A DNA stretch of 28,839 bases, taken from positions 1 through 28,839 of the forward strand of contig JANLWX010000203.1 in NCBI GenBank assembly GCA_031364845.1, given 5' to 3'. Below are positions 15,192-23,154 of the stretch, in pieces. Made by a program: the position numbers and the translations under genes. The notes beneath the pieces are model-generated. The model did no database searches. It worked only from the letters and a program-made list of their open reading frames with translations, and was not told the DNA's origin. This stretch comes from Candidatus Eiseniibacteriota bacterium. Its GTDB lineage: Bacteria > Eisenbacteria > RBG-16-71-46. Positions within the stretch are counted from its first letter, which is position 1. Every line of letters begins with the position of its first letter.

Positions 15192-16838
15192 ATGTCGCAG
15201 GATCCGCACGTCGCGTACTTTTGCATGGAGTTCGGCCTCAACGAGTCGTTCCCGATCTACTCCGGGGGACTTGGCGTGCTGGCGGGCGATTTCATCAAGT
15301 CGGCCCACGATCTCAAGCTTCCGCTGATCGGCATCGGGCTCAAGTGGGAGCGCGGGTACTGCGTACAGCGCATCGGCGCCGACGGGCAGCCGTTCGAAGA
15401 GTATCCCTCGTACGACGCTCCCTATCTGCGCGAAACGCGGGTTCGCGTGCGCGTGCGGGTCCGCGGCCAGGAAGTTCCGTGCACGGTGTGGGTCACGGAC
15501 CACTTCGGCAACGCGCCGCTCTACCTGATCGAGCCGTATCACGCGCGCGACCGATGGATCACGCACCGCCTTTACGAGGCCGGCACCGACGTGCGGATCG
15601 CGCAGGAGATGCTGCTCGGGATCGGCGGCATCCGCGCGCTCAACTGGCTCGGCATTCCGATCTCGACCTACCACTTCAACGAAGGCCACGCCGTGTTCGC
15701 GGGCATCGAGATGATCGCCGACCTCATGGAAGGCGGCGTCCCGTTCCAGGACGCGCTGCAGCAGGTGCGCCGGCGCATCGTGTTCACGACGCACACACCC
15801 GTGAAGGCGGGCAACGAAGAGCACTCGCTCGCGGACCTGCGGCGGATGGGCGCATGTCTGCAGCTGTCGGGCGCGGAAATGCGCAGCATCGGCGACGATC
15901 CGTTCAACATGACGGTCGCGGGGCTGCGGCTGTCGCGCGCGGCGAATGCGGTGGCCGCACTCCACGGCGAGACCGCCCGCGTGATGTGGAAGCACGTGAG
16001 CAACGCTTCGCCGATCACCTCGATCACGAACGGAGTGCACGTGCCGACGTGGCAGTCCGAGCGCATCCGCAACGCCGCGGACGACGCGACGCTGTGGAAC
16101 GCGCACGCGGCACTCAAGCGCGATCTGACCGACACGATCCTCGACCGCAACGGCGTGCTCGTCGATCCGAATTCGATGATCATCGGCTTCGCGCGGCGCG
16201 CCGCCGGTTACAAGCGCAGCGACCTGATTCTGCGCGACGAGAAACGTCTGAAGCACCTGCTCGAAACGATGAATGTGACGATCCTGTTCTCCGGCAAGGC
16301 GCATCCTCAGGATCGCGACGGCAAGAAGATCGTGGCGCGCCTGGCGCATGCTCAGAAGGAGCATCCGGGCCGCATCGTGTTCCTCGAGAACTACGACATG
16401 AGCGTCGCGCGCAAGCTGGTGCGCGGCTGCGACGTGTGGCTCAACAACCCGGTGCGCCCGCTCGAAGCGAGCGGCACGTCGGGCATGAAGGCGGCGATGA
16501 ACGGTGTGCTCAACCTGAGCATCCTCGATGGCTGGTGGCCGGAGGGCTGCGAGCACGGCGTCAACGGCTGGGCAATCGGTGACGAGTCCGCGGGTGACGA
16601 CAAGGCGGATCTCGACGCGCTCTACGAGACGCTCGAGAACGAAGTCCTTCCGGCGTGGAACGACCGCGCACGCTGGGTGAAGATGATGCGCGCGAGCATC
16701 AAGATGGGCGTTGAGAAGTTCTCATCAGACCGCATGGTGCGCGAATACTTCGACAAGATGTACTCGTCGTCGGCGGCTCAGGAGCAGCCGGCGAGTTCGA
16801 CGCCGGAACTCGAAGCGCGCGACGAGCGCACCGCGTAG
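15192..16838 (+). CDS. glgP: Alpha-glucan (glycogen) phosphorylase, short form
   Basis: AYFCMEFGL, YSGGLGVLAGD, HFNEGH, FTTHTP, ITNGVH, ARR..YKR, GKAHP, and PLP lysine motif EASGTSGMKAAMNG. Confidence 0.95.
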   Translation: MSQDPHVAYFCMEFGLNESFPIYSGGLGVLAGDFIKSAHDLKLPLIGIGLKWERGYCVQRIGADGQPFEEYPSYDAPYLRETRVRVRVRVRGQEVPCTVWVTDHFGNAPLYLIEPYHARDRWITHRLYEAGTDVRIAQEMLLGIGGIRALNWLGIPISTYHFNEGHAVFAGIEMIADLMEGGVPFQDALQQVRRRIVFTTHTPVKAGNEEHSLADLRRMGACLQLSGAEMRSIGDDPFNMTVAGLRLSRAANAVAALHGETARVMWKHVSNASPITSITNGVHVPTWQSERIRNAADDATLWNAHAALKRDLTDTILDRNGVLVDPNSMIIGFARRAAGYKRSDLILRDEKRLKHLLETMNVTILFSGKAHPQDRDGKKIVARLAHAQKEHPGRIVFLENYDMSVARKLVRGCDVWLNNPVRPLEASGTSGMKAAMNGVLNLSILDGWWPEGCEHGVNGWAIGDESAGDDKADLDALYETLENEVLPAWNDRARWVKMMRASIKMGVEKFSSDRMVREYFDKMYSSSAAQEQPASSTPELEARDERTA

Positions 16839-16846
16839 CTCCGTGA

Positions 16847-17353
16847 TCAGCCCTGGGTTTCGGGCGTAGGTGCCGGTTCGGCGCCGACCGGGATCGCCGT
16901 CAGCTTCGCCACGTACTCATCGGGCAGCCGATGGTGGGCCGCACCCTTGAGGATCGCGTCGAGATAACGACGCGAAGGCGGCTGCGGATTCGAGGTGCGC
17001 GCCACGTAGATGGCCGCGCGCACGCGACGCGGGAACGAACCGTCATCGGCTCGCGTCAGCTCCACCGACACCGTGTCGCGATCGTAGATGTTGTGCTGAT
17101 CGCCGGGCCCGCGGAATCCTTCGGCCTGGTCGAGCGCGGCAAGGTCCGCTTCGTTGATCTCGTACAGCACGCCCCAGATGGATTCGCCGTGCGCGAGATG
17201 GATGCCGACGACGCCTCCTCCCCAGTCCTGCGAGAACAGGGGGAATGCCAGCCGATGTTCGCGCAGGGCGGCGAGACCGACGACTTCATGGGACGGACAG
17301 CGCGCGCGCATCTGCTGCGGGTCGAGGTTCGAGCCGTAGGCGAAATACAGCAT
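16847..17353 (-). CDS. Gamma-glutamylcyclotransferase family protein
   Basis: MLYFAYGSNL, WGVLYEI, LDQAEG (catalytic Glu), PSRRYL..ILKGAAHHRLPDEY. Start placed at ATG 17353. Confidence 0.88.
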   Translation of the reverse strand: MLYFAYGSNLDPQQMRARCPSHEVVGLAALREHRLAFPLFSQDWGGGVVGIHLAHGESIWGVLYEINEADLAALDQAEGFRGPGDQHNIYDRDTVSVELTRADDGSFPRRVRAAIYVARTSNPQPPSRRYLDAILKGAAHHRLPDEYVAKLTAIPVGAEPAPTPETQG

Positions 17354-17625
17354 GAGTGGCTCCGGGTTGCGGCCGCGGCGAGGGGCTGACGTGTGGGCTG
17401 CGCGCGGGATGCGCGCTATTGAAGAGCGTGGAGCATAGACGATATGGGGGCGGGGCGCTTGGAATGTGCGGCCGATCGACGAAGGTTTTGCGCTGATTGG
17501 ACGCTTCGGACGTGCGGCAGGCCTCCGCGGGGCCACGGCGTGCGCTTTGTCGGCGCAGTGGGGCGTTCTATCATCGCACGGCCTTTCGCTCGCCTCGCTT
17601 TGCTCGGCTCTTCCCTGGAGAATCG

Positions 17626-18354
17626 ATGGCTCTCGACTTTCTTGCTTTCGGGCCGCACCCGGATGATGCGGACATCGGGTGTGGTGGGTTGTTGCGCAAG
17701 ATGAAGTCGTATGGGTATTCGACGGGTGTCGTGGACATGACGACAGGTGACATGGGTTGGGGGTCGCCGGAGATTCGGTTGGAGGAGAACGAGGCGGCGA
17801 AGAGAATCTTGCAGTTGGACGTGCGCGAGAATCTGAACCTCGGGGATTGCCGGATCGAGGACACGTTCGAGAATCGATGCATCGCGGCGGGCGCGATTCG
17901 GCGGCATCAGCCGCAGATCGTGTTGTCGCCTTACTACAATCTGCCGATCGGACGCGGGTTGGGGCACAACGACCACTACAAGACGGGGCAGATCGTTTCG
18001 AACGCGTTCAATCTCGCGCACCTGCGCAAGGCGCCGGTGCCGGGCGATCCGTATCAGGCGAAGGCGCTGTTCTATTATTTCCTGCCGCCGGGAACGATCC
18101 CCACGTTCGTGGTCGACATCACCGATCACTTCGACGATTGGATCGCAGCACTGGATGCGCATCAGAGTCAGTTCCACAACGCGGATCGGCCGCGCCCAGA
18201 GCGCGCGCCGAGCGTGCGCGACACGTTCGAATCGTTCGCGCGGTACTGGGGATGGCAGATCGGCGTGAAGTACGGACAGGCCTACATCTCGACGGCTCCG
18301 CTGAATATTCCGGATCCGATGATGCTCGTGAAACACGTGATTCCGCGCGCATGA
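17626..18354 (+). CDS. bshB1: PIG-L/LmbE deacetylase, BshB1-like (GlcNAc-malate deacetylase)
   Basis: GGAG RBS before ATG 17626. FGPHPDDAD.GCGG, DMTTGDMG, HNDH, FVVDIT, AHQSQF, GWQIGVKYG. The exact substrate is inferred. Confidence 0.72.
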   Translation: MALDFLAFGPHPDDADIGCGGLLRKMKSYGYSTGVVDMTTGDMGWGSPEIRLEENEAAKRILQLDVRENLNLGDCRIEDTFENRCIAAGAIRRHQPQIVLSPYYNLPIGRGLGHNDHYKTGQIVSNAFNLAHLRKAPVPGDPYQAKALFYYFLPPGTIPTFVVDITDHFDDWIAALDAHQSQFHNADRPRPERAPSVRDTFESFARYWGWQIGVKYGQAYISTAPLNIPDPMMLVKHVIPRA

Positions 18355-20168
18355 GCGCACTGCGGACAACGCCCGGTGGACGGTTGGTCGCGCCACGGAG
18401 CGTGCAATCGTGGGCGATGGAACTCGCGTCGGTGATGGCGATCGCGATTGCGCTTGCGCTCGGCGGGGAAGCACTAGCAAGCACGGAGGTCGATCCGCAT
18501 GGCCCGCGCATTCCGAGCCGCGATGCGGCGTTCCTGCGACTCGGCAATGAATTCATCGACCACGTGCTGCGCACGCGTCCTCACGTGGCAACGCGCGCCG
18601 GGGTCCACGCCTACGACGACCAGCTCATTCCGGTCACGCAGTCGTCGCTCGACGCCGAGGCCGCCTGGTTTCGCAGGTTCCGCAACGATCTCGCATCGGT
18701 GCCGCGCGTGGCGCTGTCGTTCCCGCGCGCACTCGAGCACGACCTGCTCACCGCGCGTATCGAGCGTGAGTTGCTCGATCTCGAGACGATCCGGCCGTAC
18801 GAAACCAATCCCAATACGTATCTCGATCTGATCGCGAGCGGCATTCAGTCGCTGATCCAGCGCGATTTCGCTTCGCCCTGTCACCGCATGACGGCGACCA
18901 CGCGCCGGCTGCGACAGGTTCCCGAGGTCCTGCGCGCCGCGCGCATCAACCTGCGCAACCCGCCACGGATCGCCACCGAAGTGGCGATCGGTCAGTTCGA
19001 GGGCGTGTTGAATCTGTATCGCACCGAGATCGCCGCCGCATCCGTGCGCTGCAAGGAGCCGCGGATCCAGGCCGACCTCGCCGAAGCCGACACGCTCGCG
19101 GTGCGCGCCGTCGAGAGCTTCATCACGTTCCTGCGCGAAGACCTGCTGCCGCGCTCCAACGGTGTGTATGCGCTCGGCCGCGAGACGTACCAGCGCAAGC
19201 TCGCGTATGACGAGATGGAGCTGACCCCGGTCGACTCACTGCTCGCCGAAGGCCGCCGCGCGCTCGCCGGAACGCGCGCCCGCATGGAAGTGCTCGCGGA
19301 GCGCATCGCCCCGGGTAAGGGTGTTGCCGCGGCACTCGACTCGCTGGAAACCGATCGCCCCGAAGCCGAGAAGCTCGTGCCCTACGTCGCAGCCCAGCTC
19401 GATACGATCCGCGGATTCCTGCGCCGCAAAGGTCTCATCACGATGCCGGTGCGCGAGAACCTGATCGTGCGCGAGACGCCGATCTTCCGCCGCAGTCTGT
19501 CGTTCGCCTCGATGGATGCGCCCGGCGTGTGGGAGCGCAAGGCGACCGCGGCCTACTACAACGTGACCCCGATCGAAGCCGAGTGGACCGATCGTCAGAA
19601 GCGCGACCACCTCGGCTTCTTCAACCGCTGGGCGTCGGAGATCGTGTCGGTGCACGAGGCGCTGCCCGGGCACTACTACCAGTTCCTCGCGCGCAAACGC
19701 ATCAGCTCGCGCCTGCGCCAGTTCCTGAACTCCGGCACCAACAGCGAAGGCTGGGCGCACTACTGCGAGCAGATGGCGATCGAGGAAGGCTACGCGCGCG
19801 GCGACGAGCGCTATGAACTCGCGCAGCTCTCGCTCGCCGTGCGCCGCATCGGCCGCTTCATCGCCGGAATCTCGCTCCACACGCAGGGCATGACCTACGA
19901 CGAAGCGGTGAAGCTGTTCGAAGACCAGTGCTGGATGAAACCGGTCAACGCCGCGCGCGAAGCGCGGCGCGGCACCATGGATCCCACCTACCTCGTCTAC
20001 ACGCTCGGCAAGTGGCGCATCCTCGAGCTGCGCGAGGAACTGCGCGCGAAACAGGGGGCGCGGTTCCGGCTACGGGAATTCCACGACGCCTTCCTCCGGC
20101 AGGGACCGTCGGCGCTCCCGGTGGTCCGCGCGGCGATGCTGAGGGAGTTCGACGGCGGGAAGCAATGA
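18351..20168 (+). CDS. DUF885 family exported protein (metallopeptidase-like HExxPGH)
   Basis: ATGA overlap with bshB1 (alternative start about 18417). HEALPGHYYQ, SEGWAHYCEQ, YTLGKWRILELR, FHDAFL. Confidence 0.88.
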   Translation: MSALRTTPGGRLVAPRSVQSWAMELASVMAIAIALALGGEALASTEVDPHGPRIPSRDAAFLRLGNEFIDHVLRTRPHVATRAGVHAYDDQLIPVTQSSLDAEAAWFRRFRNDLASVPRVALSFPRALEHDLLTARIERELLDLETIRPYETNPNTYLDLIASGIQSLIQRDFASPCHRMTATTRRLRQVPEVLRAARINLRNPPRIATEVAIGQFEGVLNLYRTEIAAASVRCKEPRIQADLAEADTLAVRAVESFITFLREDLLPRSNGVYALGRETYQRKLAYDEMELTPVDSLLAEGRRALAGTRARMEVLAERIAPGKGVAAALDSLETDRPEAEKLVPYVAAQLDTIRGFLRRKGLITMPVRENLIVRETPIFRRSLSFASMDAPGVWERKATAAYYNVTPIEAEWTDRQKRDHLGFFNRWASEIVSVHEALPGHYYQFLARKRISSRLRQFLNSGTNSEGWAHYCEQMAIEEGYARGDERYELAQLSLAVRRIGRFIAGISLHTQGMTYDEAVKLFEDQCWMKPVNAAREARRGTMDPTYLVYTLGKWRILELREELRAKQGARFRLREFHDAFLRQGPSALPVVRAAMLREFDGGKQ

Positions 20169-20758
20169 GCGCTGCCCGGCTCCGATGCGGGCTGATTGGC
20201 CTGGTCCTTCTTTGTAGCGCAAAGACTGTGGCCGCAGGCGAACGCTTCGAGACTTTTGCGACGGTCGCGGTTGTAGGAGCGAGCGGATCCTACCTGCATC
20301 CGCCTGGGAACTTCGCGGCGCAAGTCGGCGTCGGCCACGAACTGAAGCGGTCGACCAGCCTCGAACTTATGGCGGGCTATCACTGGCTCGGCGACGTCTA
20401 CTACTCCTACTCGGGTTTTGAACCCAACATCGATTCCCATATCCGGCTGATTCCGATCACTTTGAACCTGACATGGCTCTTCAGGACCCAGGCACTGCCG
20501 CATCCCTACGCGACGTTCGGTACCGGGTACTACGCGATTCACTACGACCGCATTAAGTCTGAGGTCCCGAACCAGCGCTACTCCGCCGTCGGCCTCAACG
20601 TCGGGGTCGGGTTCAAAGGATCGCCGGGCGCGTTTTCCCCCCGCATCGATGCCCGGGGTCACTTCGTGTTCTTGCCCGAACGTATTCGGTATCCCTTTTC
20701 CCCCGACAGCGGACCGATGCGGCTCTGGACCCTGGGAGTCGGACTGCAATTTCCTTGA
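20165..20758 (+). CDS. Small outer-membrane beta-barrel protein
   Basis: ATGA overlap with the DUF885 gene. Signal peptide; IPITLNL, HPYATFGTGYY, GLNVGVGF; C-terminal LGVGLQFP. Confidence 0.75.
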   Translation: MSAARLRCGLIGLVLLCSAKTVAAGERFETFATVAVVGASGSYLHPPGNFAAQVGVGHELKRSTSLELMAGYHWLGDVYYSYSGFEPNIDSHIRLIPITLNLTWLFRTQALPHPYATFGTGYYAIHYDRIKSEVPNQRYSAVGLNVGVGFKGSPGAFSPRIDARGHFVFLPERIRYPFSPDSGPMRLWTLGVGLQFP

Positions 20759-20889
20759 GCGGGAACTGTGGCCCCCGGGTCTCCCGCCCCACAAACATCG
20801 TTGGCGCCTCCCGGTGTCTCGAATTGCGACGATTTGCGGGGCTTCAGACCCGGCAAACGCCCTCACACCCTCGGCTGATCCCTTGATCA

Positions 20890-20919
20890 TTGACGATCGC
20901 AACCCGTTATGCCTAAAGT
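20890..20919 (+). promoter_or_regulatory. Possible sigma70 promoter for pbpG
   Basis: TTGACG-N18-TAAAGT upstream of GAGGAGG-N4-ATG. Confidence 0.4.
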
Positions 20920-20977
20920 CGTTCTGCTACACGGCCGATCCACGGATGGATGGCCCCGCTACATCTGAGGAGGTTTC

Positions 20978-21913
20978 ATGAAGCTCTTTTTCCGGCGAGG
21001 CTTGGGTTCTCTGTTCCTCGCGGTAATGATTGCCTGCACGGCCACGACGGCCGACGCCGCCTCGACCAAGACCAAAAAGACCCGCACCTCGGTCCATCGC
21101 ACGACCAAGGTGACCAAGACAGTGCGCAAGCGTGTTCGCCGCCGCGGCGCGCGCCGTGGTCCTCCGGGCGGAGTGGTTTACGCCCGCAGCGCCGTGGTGC
21201 TGGATCCGGTCACCAACGAGGTCCTGTTCCAGAAGAATGCCGGTGCTTCGGTGCCGATCGCGAGCCTGACCAAGCTCATGACCGCGATGGTCTTCCTCGA
21301 TCAGGAGCCGGACCTCGGGCGCACCGTCGAAGTGACGCGTGAGGACCTTTCGGGCGCCGGACACACGCAGTTGCGCAACAACGAGATCGTTGCGCTCGGC
21401 GACCTGCTGCACATGAGTCTCATGTGCTCCGACAACGTCGCGACGCGTGTGATCGCGCGTGAATCCGGAATCTCGCGCGAGGAATACCTTTCGCAGATGA
21501 ACAAGCGCGCTGCCGAGCTGGAGTTGAGCGACACGCGTTTCGTCGAGTTCACCGGGCTCGACGAACACAACGTTTCGACCGCGACCGATGTCGCCAAGCT
21601 GCTGCGCGCGGCCGCCGACAACGAGACGATCCGCTCGATCAGCACTACCCGCAAGTACGAGTTCCGCACCGCGAAGCGCTCGCACTTCATCGGGAACACC
21701 AATCGTCTGCTCTACAGCCGCTACCAGATCATGGGCGGCAAGACCGGCTTCATCAACGAGGCCGGCTACTGTCTCGCGACCTGGGTCCGCACCGACGGCC
21801 GCGACGTGATCGCGGTGGTGCTGGGCGCGCCGAGCAACGCGACGCGCTTCGCCGATGTGGTCCGGATGGTGCAGAAGACGATGAAGCCGACGTTCGCCCA
21901 GACCCAGCACTGA
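20978..21913 (+). CDS. pbpG: D-alanyl-D-alanine endopeptidase/carboxypeptidase (peptidase S11, PBP7-like)
   Basis: Signal peptide and basic linker; SxxK (ASLTK), SxN (SDN), KTG (KTGFINEAGYC); no C-terminal PBP5 domain. Confidence 0.85.
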   Translation: MKLFFRRGLGSLFLAVMIACTATTADAASTKTKKTRTSVHRTTKVTKTVRKRVRRRGARRGPPGGVVYARSAVVLDPVTNEVLFQKNAGASVPIASLTKLMTAMVFLDQEPDLGRTVEVTREDLSGAGHTQLRNNEIVALGDLLHMSLMCSDNVATRVIARESGISREEYLSQMNKRAAELELSDTRFVEFTGLDEHNVSTATDVAKLLRAAADNETIRSISTTRKYEFRTAKRSHFIGNTNRLLYSRYQIMGGKTGFINEAGYCLATWVRTDGRDVIAVVLGAPSNATRFADVVRMVQKTMKPTFAQTQH

Positions 21914-21917
21914 TTCC

Positions 21918-22796
21918 GTGATGCGCGGTCGCGACGAAGTGCCGCCCGCGTCGGACGTGTCGCCCGAACGCCCCGCTCCTCTCGCAGAAGCGGGGCGTTC
22001 GCATGCGGGCCCGTTCGGGATGCTGCGCAGCGGCCGGGCATGGATCGGGGGCGCGCTCGCCGGGATCGCCGGTGGATTCTTCGGTGTGGGCGGCGGCGTC
22101 GTGATCGTGCCGATCCTGACCGGCACCTTCAAGCTCACGCAGCACCAGGCGCACGGAACGTCGCTTGCGATCGTCGGCGCCGCGGCCGTGGCCTCGCTTG
22201 CGGTATACGCGCTCAACGGCAACGTCGCCTGGGTGACGGCGGGAATCGTCGGTGTCGCGAGCATGGTGACCGCGCGATGGGGTGCGCGTCTGTCGGCTCG
22301 GCTGTCGTCCGAGCGGCTGGCGCAGGCGTTCGCCGTGTTCCTCGTGCTCGTCGCGTTGCGGCTGCTCTGGAGGGTGCCGCCCGCGAACGAACATGCGATC
22401 GCCACCGATGTCGCGGCAATCGCGACGGACCTCGGCATCGGCGCTGCGGTCGGCCTGCTCGCCGGCTTCATGGGAGTGGGCGGAGGCGTGCTGGCGGTTC
22501 CCGCGTTCACGCTGCTGCTCGGCATGTCCCAGCAGATGGCGCAGGGCACGTCGCTCGCGGTAATCCTCCTCACCGCCCCGGCGGGAGCGCTCGAGCACCA
22601 TCGCCATGGCAACGTCGCGACCCGACTGATCGCACCGTTTGCGCTCGCCGCGGCGCTCGGGGGACCGCTCGCGTCGCTGCTCGCGCAGCGGCTGCCTCAG
22701 GCGGTTCTGGTGCGGGGTTTCGCCGTGTTCGTGCTGTTCAACGCGGTGAACCTCTGGGTCCGGGCCGACCGCAAACGCCGTCTCGCCGCCACTTAG
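21918..22796 (+). CDS. Sulfite exporter TauE/SafE (TSUP) family membrane protein
   Basis: Duplicated G..GVGGG...VP and A.GTSLA motifs. The start may be ATG 22020. Confidence 0.9.
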   Translation: MMRGRDEVPPASDVSPERPAPLAEAGRSHAGPFGMLRSGRAWIGGALAGIAGGFFGVGGGVVIVPILTGTFKLTQHQAHGTSLAIVGAAAVASLAVYALNGNVAWVTAGIVGVASMVTARWGARLSARLSSERLAQAFAVFLVLVALRLLWRVPPANEHAIATDVAAIATDLGIGAAVGLLAGFMGVGGGVLAVPAFTLLLGMSQQMAQGTSLAVILLTAPAGALEHHRHGNVATRLIAPFALAAALGGPLASLLAQRLPQAVLVRGFAVFVLFNAVNLWVRADRKRRLAAT

Positions 22797-23050
22797 CCCT
22801 TCCGCCCGGGTGCCCGCCGAACGCACGGTTTGAATTTCCGGCGCGTGCATCCCGCATCCCGTTTCTACCCGGGCGGCGTGCACGATCGATTGGACCGTGC
22901 AATCCACCAACACGTAGCGCACGTTCACCCAAGCGTATCCACGGGTGGGCGTCGTGAATCCTTGACTATGCGGACGACCTGGCCGCCAACACCAAGGGCG
23001 GCAGACTTTTCGGGCATGCTGCCGCGAGATTCGCCAAGCCCCGGACGTCC

Positions 23051-23066
23051 CGGCCGGGACTTTGCT
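23051..23066 (+). promoter_or_regulatory. Candidate sigma54 promoter upstream of the Lon-like gene
   Basis: CGGCCGGGACTTTGCT: GGC at -24, TTTGCT at -12, GG-N10-GC spacing. Confidence 0.4.
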
Positions 23067-23154
23067 AATCCAACAGGATGTCCGGGCCCGGCTGAAGCCC
23101 GGATCGATTCCCCCAGACGTCCTGCTGAACGAACGATGGCCCACGGGGAACTCC

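Noticed and set aside
17757..18350. 803-aa ORF suggesting a long N-terminal extension on the DUF885 protein
   Set aside because: The extension overlaps bshB1 in another frame; the ATGA-coupled start at 18351 explains the gene.
22797..23154. Possible pseudogenised Lon N-domain upstream of the Lon-like gene
   Set aside because: Too short for the domain, no Lon-N-like sequence in the frames I could read, and it contains promoter-like sequence. A translated profile search would be decisive.
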